Assembly: GCA_963815455.1 (NCBI GenBank) | Contig: CAWFGO010000002.1 | Span: 288,001 to 352,000, forward strand | Source: an uncultured Verrucomicrobiae bacterium | Lineage (GTDB): Bacteria > Verrucomicrobiota > Verrucomicrobiia > Chthoniobacterales > UBA10450 | Reading direction: 5' to 3' | Length of the DNA: 64,000 nucleotides | Shown here: positions 10,004 to 20,060 of the stretch, piece after piece | How the letters are laid out: every line of letters begins with the position of its first letter | Position numbering within the stretch: position 1 is the stretch's first letter | Program-made: the position numbers and the translations under genes | The notes under the pieces: model-generated | Databases searched by the model: none | Seen by the model: only the letters and a program-made list of their open reading frames with translations | What the model was told of the DNA's origin: nothing

Positions 10004-13000
10004 CTACCTTTGAATCTTGACCGAGGCCTTTCTGAACTTCGCCTTGTTTGAAAGCACGTAGCCATTGCCGCTGGTCAGATTCATCGTGGCGGTCACTTTC
10101 TTCGCGTGCGGATAATTCGCATGCAACGTGACCGTGCCCGTAGATGACCCTGCCGGGATGAGGACCTCCCCAGGCGTACCGCTCAACGTGTAATCGCTCC
10201 CCAGGATCGCATTGCCGCTCATATAATAATAAACCGTGGTTGGACAAGTGCTCGGCCCATGGATTGACCTCACGGTGAAGGTCGCGTTCCCCCCTGTCCT
10301 AACTGAAGCCGGTGCAGCCGTCGGGTGAACCTCCAAGTTTGGACAACAACTTCTGGTTAATGTAAATGAGCCGCTGGCCCCGCCGAAACCTGTCACTATT
10401 ACATAATAGGTGGTGCCTACAGTAGTCGGGAAAGTGACCTGCGATTGCAATCCGCAATAATCATCATTCCCGGTCACGCAACTCAACGCGCCGCAGGAAC
10501 CGGTGAACACACCAATCTTGGTGTCATAATTCGATCCACAAAGGCTTAACGTGTTTACGTTGCCGTCGCCCGTGAATGTGTACCACACTCCCGGCGCACT
10601 ATTCAAAGTGGTAACACACGTCGGCACACCCGAATCGACTGTCGCTCCAACGGTGGTGCCATTTATGGTCTGACCACAAGCAATTGGAATGGCTCCTGGA
10701 CACTGATCATTGGCCGGAGTCGCAGTTGCGGTCGGTGTCGGAGTCGGTGTTATGGTAGGGGTTGGCGTTGGAGTTGGCGTTGGACAAAGATTGAGCGTTT
10801 CTGTGGTCGTTACAGTCGTCGCACCGGTGTAGCCACCGGCAGCAATCAGTTTGCTGCTCACGGCAGTCCCCGATACGAATGAGCGCGTAACGTTCAAGGC
10901 GGGAGCGTTCGACCAACTGTTAGTCACCGGATCATAAACCAACGCTGCGTTGGTCGTATCCGGGATCATCGGCGCGAAGGCCGTGGGAGCTGTCAATGTG
11001 GGAGACTCGATCGAAAATGGATTGCCGCCTCCGAATATCCAGAGTTGGCTGTTTCCTATCGCGCTCCCAGGGACATTCACTCCACTCGGCAGATTCGCTT
11101 TCTGCGTCCAAGTGTTCGCGGCGATGTCATAATCCCAGATGCCGTCGTAGTTGTCGGTAACGCCGTCGCGCCCGCCCGCCACATACAGATGGCCGTTAAT
11201 GATCCCAAAGCCGGCGCCGCCTATCGGATGAGGTATTGCCAGTCGGGTTGTGTTGAAGGTGTTAGTGATGGGATCATATTCCCACACTTGCGATTCGGTG
11301 GGTATCACGTTGCCCGTGCTGTAACCACCGACCAGATAAATTTTGCCGTTAAAATAACCCGAGGCCATGAAACAACGCACAGCCGGCAAATTCGCGCCGG
11401 CGCTCCAGGAATTGGTTGCGATGTCATAAATTCGGGTGGCATTGGTCACAGTGCCGGAAGCGGCGGATTCGCCGCCGAAGACGTATATCTTATTATTCAC
11501 CGGCGAGTAAACTGCGGAACCCATGGTTGCCATCGAATCAGGCACGGGTGTGAGCGTAGTCCAGGTGTCGGTATTCACATTGTACCGCTGGAAGACATTA
11601 GAATCGCCGCTAAGGGAGAAACTGTAGCCCCCGGCCAGGTAAACGAAGGTGCCGTCGGAAGTAACCGCGGCGCCATAAACGTCCGGCGGATCGAACGGAG
11701 CCACGATCTGCCATGCGCCAGGCGTGCAAGTCGGCGTCGGAGTGGGTGTCACAGTCGGCGTCGGCGTCACCGTTGGGGTGGGTGTGATGGTGGGGGTCGG
11801 GGTGATCGTGGGGGTCGGGGTTACGGTCGGGGTTGGAGTAACCGTCGGAGTTGGAGTAACCGTCGGGGTTGGCGTCGGAGTCGGGGTTGGGCATGCCGCC
11901 GTCGTGTCTGGGAAGATGTCGGTTTGGGCAATGTTCGTTAGACGACTCTGATTGCCCCCGTTAGCATCCATGACGTAGATTTCATAGTTCCCGTCGCGGT
12001 TGCTGGTGAAATAAATGTTCGCGCCGTCTGGGGAGAACACCGGATAATTATCCTCCGCAGCATTATTGGTCAGGCGCGTTTGATTATTTCCATCGGCGTC
12101 CATGACATAAACTTCCACGTTGCCGTCGCGGACACTGGAGAAGACGATGTGGGCCCCGTCGGGCGAGAACGAAGGGTAGAAATTAGGGCCCGTAGTAGTC
12201 AGCGGGGTTTGTCCCGAGCCATTGGCGTTCATGATGAAAATTTGCTGGACAGCTCCAACGCGATCGCTGGAGAAAACGATCTGGTTCCCATCAGGGGAGA
12301 AGCGCGGGTCGCTGTCGAAACCGGTATCGGTTGTCAATGCGGCCGCATTGTTGCCGTCGGCATCCATGATCCAAATGTTGTAGTCTGACCCGGTGGGCTG
12401 CTGCGGCATGCCAGGGTTCAAAACTGTTGGGCGGTCGCTGACAAACACGATGCTTGCGCCATTGGGGGAGAAACTGGCAACGCCGTCAAAGCTGTTACTA
12501 GTTGTCAATCGTGTTTGGCCGTTGCCATTAGCGTCCATGACATAGACCTCGTAATTTGGGTCATCGCGATTGCTTTGAAAAACAATCCGGCTGCCATCTG
12601 GGCTAAAGCGCGGCTCATCGTCTGCGGCGGAATTGTTCGTTATGCGAGTTTGGTTCCCGCCGTCTGCGTCCATTACGTAAATTTCGGCGTTGCCGTCGCG
12701 CGAGCTGCGGAATGTGACTGTCGGCGAGCAGCTTGGAGTCGGTGTTACCGTAGGGGTGGGGGTTGGGGTTGGCTGGAACGCCGTGGCTATTTCATACATT
12801 CCTCGACCATGCGTGGCCGCGCGAAGAATCCGGTTCGGATCCTGAATTTGCACGCCGAAAACCGCGACATGCGGGAGCCCGCCCCCATAAACACTCCAGG
12901 AGGCGCCGCCGTCGGGCGAATAATACACTCCGGCATCGGTGCCGACATAAACGTCGGTGGAACTCCCGGCAGAAAGGGTCTGCGGGTCGATGGCGATCGC

Positions 13001-15304
13001 ATTGACCGGAATATCGGGCAAGCCAGTGGACATGGCAGTCCAGGTAACAGAGCCTCCCGGAAGCGTATCCAGGTTTGTTGTTTTCCAGACGTGAGCGATG
13101 GGAGTGCCGGTGGTGCCGAAGCCGTTAAAGCAAAGGTAGGCCACCGCTTTGTTATTCGGGTCGATGATCATGCGACCGACACCGGTGGCCGGAGTGGTGG
13201 TCGTTCCATTGGTTGCCCCAGTACCGGCAATTTGCAGAAGCGGATTTGCCCCAGTTGATGTCCCGAAAACTTTGCCATTATTCAATCCCGCGAGCCGGAA
13301 GTTGTCGTCCTGAGGCGAAATCGCGATCGAGCTTACCGCTACGCCGGCCTGCAATACTTGACTCACTGCGAGCGCGGTATCGGCCTTATTAGTCGAGCGG
13401 TAGAGCTTGTTGGTACCGAAGTACCAGGTATTTGGGTTGCCCGGTCCGAGCGCCTGCGGCGCATAAAAATTCACCGTATCGCTCACGACAATCCCATTAA
13501 TCGTGTCACTTGTCCCGTCGCAATATGGCCCACCCAGTCCGACATTTGTTCCGTGAAACGACCATTGGCCTTCAACCGCGCACGGCACGGTCAAATTGCG
13601 CCCGGTTCCAATCAGGTTGTTCGTCTGGTTGAAATAGGTGTGATACATGGTGACGGTCGTGTTGTCGGTCGCGTTTTGATCGATTAACGAATAGCCGCCG
13701 TCGCCGAAATCGGCCCGGGTAAAGCTCGTATCCGGTTTCAGGAACGGAGTGCCGTTGTCCTGGGTGCCGCCGATGGAGAAATAACGATCCAGCGGATGCA
13801 CCGCCAGATCCTGAAACTGCGTCGCGCTAAAGGTCGTGTTGTTGCGCGAGATCCAGTTGAGTCCAGAATCCGTCGATCTCCAGATACCGCCATCATTGCC
13901 GTGATAAATGATGTTGCCCGCGGTACCGCCGTCGCCTGCGCCTGTCGTATCCTGATTCGCAACTGCGATGGCGTGAACATCGGCGTGTAATCCGGTCACG
14001 CTGGATGTGAAGGTCACGCTCGTGGGCGGATCAGTCAGGGCATTGGTCGAATACCTGAAGATATTCGTTCCAGTCGCGCCGCCTATGTAAACTCGATTAG
14101 CATCGTTCGGATCGACTGCGACGGCGATGTCGTAAAAACCCTGGAAGCTCGCGAATCCATTTACAGCCGACAATGCGGCACTCCAGGTCGCACCCCCATC
14201 GGTCGACCGGTAGAGCCGGCCATTGGGTGAGCCTTCCTCCGTCGTGGCATAAACGGTTACGGCCGAGCCTACCTTGTTGATGGCGAGCTTCACATTGATG
14301 AAATCGGCCAGCCCCTTGGTGCGGGTAAAAGTAGGCGTGCCGGCCAGCGCGTTCGTGCTCATATAAATGCCGCCTGTCGTATTGGTGCCGCTCTGGCTGT
14401 AAATTGCACAGACCAGGTTGTTCGCGTTGCTCGGGTCGGCCGCGGCTGCCGTGGTAATCGTATTTGTCTCCGAGGCGTTGACATCGAGGCGCGTCCAAAC
14501 CGGTGATCCAGAGAAAGCGTTGGTGGATCGATAAAGACCGCGCGCCGGAAGCATCGAATAAGCCGTCGCTACGATGCCACCGATTCCCGACGAAGTTGCG
14601 CAGAACACATTGTTGTGGTCCGCCGGATCGACAACGATCGAGACAATGGAACGACCGGTAAAAATGTCCTGCATTGCTCCATTTAGATTGTAAGGCCCAT
14701 TTACCGTCGGGCTCCCGCCGTCCGCGCCGGTAATGATATAAAAACCCGAGCCAAAGAAGCTGTCTCCGGAAAGATTGCCTTCTCCGGTGCCGACCAGAAC
14801 GTTGCTCGAGTCAGTCGGATCGATCGTGATCGCCCCGATGGCGAGTGGTGTCCCGATCGCGGTTGAGAAAGCGTTATCCATCAACTGCGTCCAGGTCGCT
14901 CCTCCATCAAGGGAACGGTAGACGCCGCCCTGGGCCGCGCCCACATAGACGATATTTGGATTGGTTGGATGAATGGCAATCGCAGAAACACGTCCGCTTA
15001 CCGGATCGGTCCGGTTTTCAGTTTGACCGTTTGGAATGGGAAATGGCCCCAAGGCGGTCCAGGTCGGGGCGAGCTGCGGCGCCGTAGGCCTGAAGGCCGG
15101 CACGCTGGCTCCGCGATATGGCGAAACCGGGAGATTCGGATCGGCCGGCAGATTCTCCACCCAGAACTGTGGCGGCGACTCGGAAAAATCTTCGTGCTCC
15201 TTTTCGCCTTTGTCCCTGGCCGGTGGAGCAACCTGTTTGCTCGCGCTGAGCGCGATTAATGTGAGTATGGCGAGGGCGGCGAAGATGCGAAAGATCGGGC
15301 GCAT
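10004..15304 (-). CDS. 1766-aa secreted multidomain protein: BNR/Asp-box propeller, TolB-like PD40 propeller, Kelch propeller, Cys-rich PPC-like domain, Calx-beta-like C-terminus
   Basis: YRSLDGGATW-type Asp boxes, FSPDG..IVF.S.RDGN.EIYVMDADG repeats, IY.FGG/GG..YD..TNTW Kelch repeats, and PT linkers between modules. Confidence 0.9.
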   Translation of the reverse strand: MRPIFRIFAALAILTLIALSASKQVAPPARDKGEKEHEDFSESPPQFWVENLPADPNLPVSPYRGASVPAFRPTAPQLAPTWTALGPFPIPNGQTENRTDPVSGRVSAIAIHPTNPNIVYVGAAQGGVYRSLDGGATWTQLMDNAFSTAIGTPLAIGAITIDPTDSSNVLVGTGEGNLSGDSFFGSGFYIITGADGGSPTVNGPYNLNGAMQDIFTGRSIVSIVVDPADHNNVFCATSSGIGGIVATAYSMLPARGLYRSTNAFSGSPVWTRLDVNASETNTITTAAAADPSNANNLVCAIYSQSGTNTTGGIYMSTNALAGTPTFTRTKGLADFINVKLAINKVGSAVTVYATTEEGSPNGRLYRSTDGGATWSAALSAVNGFASFQGFYDIAVAVDPNDANRVYIGGATGTNIFRYSTNALTDPPTSVTFTSSVTGLHADVHAIAVANQDTTGAGDGGTAGNIIYHGNDGGIWRSTDSGLNWISRNNTTFSATQFQDLAVHPLDRYFSIGGTQDNGTPFLKPDTSFTRADFGDGGYSLIDQNATDNTTVTMYHTYFNQTNNLIGTGRNLTVPCAVEGQWSFHGTNVGLGGPYCDGTSDTINGIVVSDTVNFYAPQALGPGNPNTWYFGTNKLYRSTNKADTALAVSQVLQAGVAVSSIAISPQDDNFRLAGLNNGKVFGTSTGANPLLQIAGTGATNGTTTTPATGVGRMIIDPNNKAVAYLCFNGFGTTGTPIAHVWKTTNLDTLPGGSVTWTAMSTGLPDIPVNAIAIDPQTLSAGSSTDVYVGTDAGVYYSPDGGASWSVYGGGLPHVAVFGVQIQDPNRILRAATHGRGMYEIATAFQPTPTPTPTVTPTPSCSPTVTFRSSRDGNAEIYVMDADGGNQTRITNNSAADDEPRFSPDGSRIVFQSNRDDPNYEVYVMDANGNGQTRLTTSNSFDGVASFSPNGASIVFVSDRPTVLNPGMPQQPTGSDYNIWIMDADGNNAAALTTDTGFDSDPRFSPDGNQIVFSSDRVGAVQQIFIMNANGSGQTPLTTTGPNFYPSFSPDGAHIVFSSVRDGNVEVYVMDADGNNQTRLTNNAAEDNYPVFSPDGANIYFTSNRDGNYEIYVMDANGGNQSRLTNIAQTDIFPDTTAACPTPTPTPTPTVTPTPTVTPTPTVTPTPTITPTPTITPTPTVTPTPTVTPTPTPTCTPGAWQIVAPFDPPDVYGAAVTSDGTFVYLAGGYSFSLSGDSNVFQRYNVNTDTWTTLTPVPDSMATMGSAVYSPVNNKIYVFGGESAASGTVTNATRIYDIATNSWSAGANLPAVRCFMASGYFNGKIYLVGGYSTGNVIPTESQVWEYDPITNTFNTTRLAIPHPIGGAGFGIINGHLYVAGGRDGVTDNYDGIWDYDIAANTWTQKANLPSGVNVPGSAIGNSQLWIFGGGNPFSIESPTLTAPTAFAPMIPDTTNAALVYDPVTNSWSNAPALNVTRSFVSGTAVSSKLIAAGGYTGATTVTTTETLNLCPTPTPTPTPTITPTPTPTATATPANDQCPGAIPIACGQTINGTTVGATVDSGVPTCVTTLNSAPGVWYTFTGDGNVNTLSLCGSNYDTKIGVFTGSCGALSCVTGNDDYCGLQSQVTFPTTVGTTYYVIVTGFGGASGSFTLTRSCCPNLEVHPTAAPASVRTGGNATFTVRSIHGPSTCPTTVYYYMSGNAILGSDYTLSGTPGEVLIPAGSSTGTVTLHANYPHAKKVTATMNLTSGNGYVLSNKAKFRKASVKIQR

Positions 15305-15446
15305 AAATAATTCCTTTTGTTATTGGGTGGGAGGCGCATTAAGCGCCCAAACCGGATGCTCACCAAATCGGTTCGTTCCCGTCAAGCGGATTTCTTACGT
15401 CTAGGCTAGAAATTGGAAACCGGTCCTTGCGATCATTCCCGCCGGA

Positions 15447-16625
15447 TTAAATTGCGCCATAAATCGCATCCAGCAGGCGAAGCGATTTGTCGTTCGGCAA
15501 CACCGATTGCTCCATCTGGTTCATCACGTAGGCAAAACCGATCTTGTTTTCCGGATCGGCAAAGGCGTGACTCCCGCCCGCGCCGGGATGCCCGAATGAC
15601 GATGTCGATCTTCCAAAGATACGGCGTTTCGCCGGTTTCGAATCTTTCATGAACCCGGCCGAGAATGCGGTCGGGATTCCAAACACGCGATCAATCCCGT
15701 CGGTTAACGTGGTCATCATCCATGCGAGAGTCTTCTCCGAAAAGAATTGCTTGCCACACCGTAGCACCACGGAGGCGGGCTGATCTTGCATGCGCCCGCC
15801 ATTGGCCAGCATCGCGTAAAATTTCGCCAGTGAACTGGCACTGCCGATTCCGCCGAAAGAGACGAACGGCAGCGCCCGGATTTTCGGATCGTTCATCGCG
15901 CTCACGGCGTTCAATCCCGACGGCGACATGAACACTTCGTGGGCAAATGTGCCGCGCGCAGCGACATCAACGTAGAACTGTTTGGGTTCCGGCGGCTTCC
16001 CGACTTTCGCCGCGTACATGGTCGCCACCCGCGAGTTTTCACCTTCCGGCAGACCGATCCAAAGATCGAGATCGAGCGGCTCGGCAAATTGTTCCCGCCA
16101 ATATTCAGCCAATGGCTTCCCGGCAATGCGTCGCACCAATTCATCGAGCAGAAAACCAAACGTGCGCGCGTGATAACCGTGGGCCGTTCCCGGCTCCCAA
16201 TTCGGTTCCTGTTTCTCAATCGCAGCGATCACCGCCGGATAATCGAGGATGTCCACTTTTCGATCCAAAGCAGCCAGCCCCGCCTGATGCGACAATAATT
16301 GCGCCAGCGTGATCCGGTCTTTGCCAGCCTGACCGAATTCCGGCCAAAATTCGGCCACCCGTTGTCCGATGTCGATCCTGTGTTCCTGCAACGCATGAAG
16401 CACGCATGCGCTACCAAGCCCCTTCGTTGCCGACCAAATCAGGACGATTGTGTCAGCAGTCCATTCCTGTTCGCGACGCGCATCGCGAAACCCGCCATGA
16501 AGGTCAAGAATTGCTTCTCCTTTATGCCAAAGGGAAATCGCGGCACCGAGTTCGCCCAGCTTCTCGAAATTCTCCCGAAACGGCGGTTCCAATCGCTGGC
16601 GAAGCGCATCCGGGTGCAATTCCAT
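15447..16625 (-). CDS. Serine hydrolase, beta-lactamase class C / EstB-like esterase
   Basis: SxxK (WSATK), LLSHQAG, GYHA and FGHPGAGGS motifs. Confidence 0.92.
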   Translation of the reverse strand: MELHPDALRQRLEPPFRENFEKLGELGAAISLWHKGEAILDLHGGFRDARREQEWTADTIVLIWSATKGLGSACVLHALQEHRIDIGQRVAEFWPEFGQAGKDRITLAQLLSHQAGLAALDRKVDILDYPAVIAAIEKQEPNWEPGTAHGYHARTFGFLLDELVRRIAGKPLAEYWREQFAEPLDLDLWIGLPEGENSRVATMYAAKVGKPPEPKQFYVDVAARGTFAHEVFMSPSGLNAVSAMNDPKIRALPFVSFGGIGSASSLAKFYAMLANGGRMQDQPASVVLRCGKQFFSEKTLAWMMTTLTDGIDRVFGIPTAFSAGFMKDSKPAKRRIFGRSTSSFGHPGAGGSHAFADPENKIGFAYVMNQMEQSVLPNDKSLRLLDAIYGAI

Positions 16626-16794
16626 CAACAGACATTAACCAGCCAGCGTCTAGTTCCAAAAGCCTGTCGAACCAGGACCTGGGAAAGTAGCAGAAATCAT
16701 TTCGCAGTGAATTGGTACCAGCCATTTGGTTGCGCCAGGGATCCGAATTGCACTCCCTCCACGTCACTTACACCACGGCACACGGCGTGAAATG

Positions 16795-16803
16795 TGATAT
16801 AAT
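16795..16803 (+). promoter_or_regulatory. Extended -10 promoter (TGnTATAAT), probably producing a leaderless hicB mRNA
   Basis: TGATATAAT ends 7 nt before ATG 16811, and there is no clear Shine-Dalgarno sequence. Confidence 0.6.
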
Positions 16804-16810
16804 GTCGGAC

Positions 16811-17017
16811 ATGAAGTTCCCGACCGTGATCTACCAAGATGAAGATGGCGCATGGGTCGTAGAGTGCCCGGCGATTCCTGGCTGTGTGAGTCAGGGTCGC
16901 ACGCGCGAGGAAGCCATGACGAATATCAAGGAGGCCATCTCGCTTTGCCTCGAAGTTCGAGCTGAGTGCGGCATGCCCCTTACATTCGAGACTTCGGACG
17001 TCGAAGTCGCGGTCTAA
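16811..17017 (+). CDS. hicB: HicB-family antitoxin (short form, no DNA-binding domain)
   Basis: QDEDGAWVVECPAIPGCVSQGRTREEAMTNIKEAI. Confidence 0.92.
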   Translation: MKFPTVIYQDEDGAWVVECPAIPGCVSQGRTREEAMTNIKEAISLCLEVRAECGMPLTFETSDVEVAV

Positions 17018-17085
17018 CCGCATTATATAACGTGCGTTATATCATATGAGTTGCGCTGTCGGCACCGAACGCCAACTGTGAATGA

Positions 17086-17306
17086 ATGTCGAAAGTTCCC
17101 GTGCTCAGTGGGCCCGAGGTCGTCCGCGTACTTGAAAAATTCGACTGGCGAATCGCGCGGCGACGTGGAAGCCACATTATTTTGGTCAAGGAAGGCGCAC
17201 GCGCGACGTTATCAGTTCCCGATCACAGGGAAGTGCTAGAGCAACACTCCGGAGTTTGATCCGTGCCGCGGGGTTGACCGCCGAAGAATTTATCCGGGAA
17301 GTCTAG
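17086..17306 (+). CDS. hicA: HicA-family mRNA interferase toxin (one frameshift near 17235; absent from the ORF track)
   Basis: Manual translation: MSKVPVLSGPEVVRVLEKFDWRIARRRGSHIILVKEGARATLSVPDHREV / RATLRSLIRAAGLTAEEF, including the GSH catalytic motif. Confidence 0.88.
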
Positions 17307-17458
17307 CACGCAGGTCGAAATGGGCTGCTCTCCCGTAAGTCGATAGACAAAAACTCGTGGCGGCGACGTCAATATACGAATCCAAATGCGCCGGGGGCGC
17401 ATCCAATTCTTGGTAACAAAAGCTAAAAGCGTTGCAAGATTACAGAAGCTCTCGACTT

Positions 17459-19882
17459 ATGATGACTGACCTTCGTTTTGCGTTCCGCCAATTGCTTAAA
17501 TCGCCCGGGTTCACTTTGCTTGCGTTGATTACGCTGGCGTTGGGGATCGGATTGAACACCGCCATCTTTAGCCTAATCAACGATCTGTTCCTTCGCGGGC
17601 TGCCGTTCCGCGAGTCGAATCGGCTTGTGCATCTGTTCGCCAACCCGAAAGACAACCAGCAAAATCCTTTCCCGTTGTCGGCCCCGCGCTTCATGCATTA
17701 CCGCGACGGCCAGACGATCTTCGACGGATTCGCGGCCGAGAATGGTACCGGCGCCACCCTGACCGGCTTGGGCGATCCGGTTCAAATCGCGGCGTTCAAG
17801 ACGACCGCGAATTATTTTGATGTCCTTGGGGTTCGGCCGATCCAGGGCCGGAGCTTCCTGCCGCAGGAGGAGGAAGGCGCCGACGTGGCCCTGGTCTCGG
17901 AAAATTTCTGGCGGAAACGAATGGGCGGCGATCCGAACGTGATCGGACGCAGCATTACGCTCGACGGCGTAGCTCATTCCATCGTCGGGGTTTTGCCCAA
18001 CATGCCGGTGCAATGGGTCGGCCCGAATGGAAACGAAGTCTGGACGACGAAGCCGTTCAACATTCCCGGTTTTTCCCATGAACGCATGATGCGTGGCACC
18101 GGATTTCTGCGCGTGATCGGACGCATGAAGCCAGGTCAAACCCTCGAGCAGGTCCGCGCCGCGCTGCCGTCCTTGCAGCAAAGTTATCAATCACAGCATC
18201 CGGAAAAGATCGATGCCCAGTTCCCGAACCTTGTCAGGACATTATCGGAGGATGTGAGTGGCGATTTGCGTCCGGCTTTCGCCACTCTGTTTGCCGCGGT
18301 GGCCTTCGTGTTACTGATCGCGTGCAGCAACGTCGCGAATCTCCTCCTGGTGCGATTCAGCGGTCGCCGTCGTGAAATCGCGCTGCGCATGGCCATCGGG
18401 GCTTCGCGCTCGAGCGTGATGCGGCTGTTTGTCTTCGAGAGCCTGCTCGTAAGTGTGCTCGCCGGAATCGCAGGCGCGGCGCTGGCCTGGCAACTGGTGC
18501 CGCTCGTGCCGAAAATAGCGGCGAACTTTCTCCCGCTCGAACCCAACTACCATGTCGGTCTCTCCCTTCCTCTGCTCGCTTTCACCATTGTGCTGTCGAT
18601 CCTGACCGGTCTGGCCATGGGAGTTTACCCGGCCCTGCAAAGTTCGCGGGCTGATCTGGTGGAGGGATTGAAAGAAGGCGGCCGCGGAACTGCCGGTAGC
18701 GTGAAGCAACAACGCTTTCGCAAACTGCTCGTTGGCGCTCAAGTCGCCCTTTCGGTCACTCTGCTCGCCGGCGCGGCCCTGCTTATCAATAGTTTCATTC
18801 GATTAAGCCACCAGGACCTCGGATTTCGCCCCGAAAATATCTGGGTTGGTTTCGTGACGTTGCCTGCTGCGCAATATCCTGACCTCGGCGCGCGCGCCCG
18901 GTTCGCCGATCAGATCGACAAGACGTTGCAAACCATACCCGGCTTCCAGAATCCAGCGGTCAGCGGTGATTTCCCGCTGGCCGGTGGCAATGGGGCGACC
19001 CTTTATACCCGGCCGGACGGCAATGTGCTGCCGGTTCCGCAACGCACGGCTGCGCCGTCGCACGACACGTCACCGGGATATTTCAAAGCCTGGGGAATTC
19101 CTATTTTGGCCGGCCGCGACTTCGACGAGCACGATGTCGAGAATCATCAGAACGTAATGCTGATCAGCCAGGCGGGAGCAAAAAAAGTTTTCCCAAACGA
19201 AAACCCAATCGGCAAGACACTCCTGGTAACAAGCGGAAGTGTTCCCTGCGAGATCATCGGCATTATCGGCGATGTGCGCACCGATCGCGTCGCGCGCCAG
19301 AACGACATGGAATTTTACCGGCCATGGGCACAGGAAAATTTCCCATTCCTGAGCATCATGGTGCGTAGCTCTTTGAAGACGGAAGCCGTGACGAAGCTCG
19401 TGCAATCGGCCGTCAACACGATCGATCCGACAGTCGCGATCGCCCAACCGCAATCGATGGACACCATCGTGGCCCAGGCGTTAGGCCAAGCGCGTTTGAT
19501 GATGTGGTTGCTCGGGATCTTCGCCGGCGTCGCATTATTACTGGCGACAGTTGGGATCTATGGCGCGGTCGCCTACACCGTGGAGCAACGCACCGGAGAG
19601 ATCGGTGTCCGCATGGCGCTGGGCGCGCAAACCATGGATGTGCTTCGACTCGTCGTGAAACAGGGAATGACACCAGTCGCGTTTGGATTACTGGCCGGCC
19701 TCGCCGCCGCGCTTGCCCTGGGCCGGTTGATCGCATCTCAACTTTACCAAACATCGGCGCATAATCCGTTGTTGCTCGGCGCGACGATGTCGATCCTCGG
19801 CCTGGCCGCGCTGCTGGCGTGTCTGTTCCCAGCAATGCGCGCGAGTCACGTTAACCCGGTCGAAGCGTTGCGAGCGGAATAA
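17459..19882 (+). CDS. MacB/FtsX-like duplicated orphan ABC permease
   Basis: DLRFAFRQLLKSPGFT, LLIACSNVANLLL, RRREIALRMAIGA and QRTGEIGVRMALGA. No adjacent ATPase gene. Confidence 0.93.
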   Translation: MMTDLRFAFRQLLKSPGFTLLALITLALGIGLNTAIFSLINDLFLRGLPFRESNRLVHLFANPKDNQQNPFPLSAPRFMHYRDGQTIFDGFAAENGTGATLTGLGDPVQIAAFKTTANYFDVLGVRPIQGRSFLPQEEEGADVALVSENFWRKRMGGDPNVIGRSITLDGVAHSIVGVLPNMPVQWVGPNGNEVWTTKPFNIPGFSHERMMRGTGFLRVIGRMKPGQTLEQVRAALPSLQQSYQSQHPEKIDAQFPNLVRTLSEDVSGDLRPAFATLFAAVAFVLLIACSNVANLLLVRFSGRRREIALRMAIGASRSSVMRLFVFESLLVSVLAGIAGAALAWQLVPLVPKIAANFLPLEPNYHVGLSLPLLAFTIVLSILTGLAMGVYPALQSSRADLVEGLKEGGRGTAGSVKQQRFRKLLVGAQVALSVTLLAGAALLINSFIRLSHQDLGFRPENIWVGFVTLPAAQYPDLGARARFADQIDKTLQTIPGFQNPAVSGDFPLAGGNGATLYTRPDGNVLPVPQRTAAPSHDTSPGYFKAWGIPILAGRDFDEHDVENHQNVMLISQAGAKKVFPNENPIGKTLLVTSGSVPCEIIGIIGDVRTDRVARQNDMEFYRPWAQENFPFLSIMVRSSLKTEAVTKLVQSAVNTIDPTVAIAQPQSMDTIVAQALGQARLMMWLLGIFAGVALLLATVGIYGAVAYTVEQRTGEIGVRMALGAQTMDVLRLVVKQGMTPVAFGLLAGLAAALALGRLIASQLYQTSAHNPLLLGATMSILGLAALLACLFPAMRASHVNPVEALRAE

Positions 19883-19890
19883 ATCACCCA

Positions 19891-19996
19891 GGTAGGGATG
19901 GCTCTCCGAGCCGTCCGATTTGTTTCGGAAATTTGTCAGGCGGTTCGGAGAACTGTCCCTACCTGTTTGCGGCCGGCACGGCCGCCTCTACACTTT
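19891..19996. repeat. Composite GTAG-REP cluster (copy 1)
   Basis: GGTAGGGATGGCTCTCCGAGCCG...CGGTTCGGAGAACTGTCCCTACC, followed by GCGGCCGGCACGGCCGCCTCTACA. Confidence 0.82.
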
Positions 19997-20033
19997 TCTC
20001 AATTTCTATTTTCCCGATTAAAGGACGCTTCTT

Positions 20034-20060
20034 TTGACAAATCTCCCAACCGGTCTATAG
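20034..20060 (+). promoter_or_regulatory. Putative sigma70 promoter of the first 3D-domain gene
   Basis: TTGACA at 20034-20039 followed by a TATAGA-like -10, about 165 nt upstream of the ATG. Confidence 0.5.

Noticed and set aside
11725..11892. Regular repeats resembling a CRISPR array
   Set aside because: These are coding PT(V/I)T linker repeats with no unique spacers. No CRISPR array or cas gene is present in the window.
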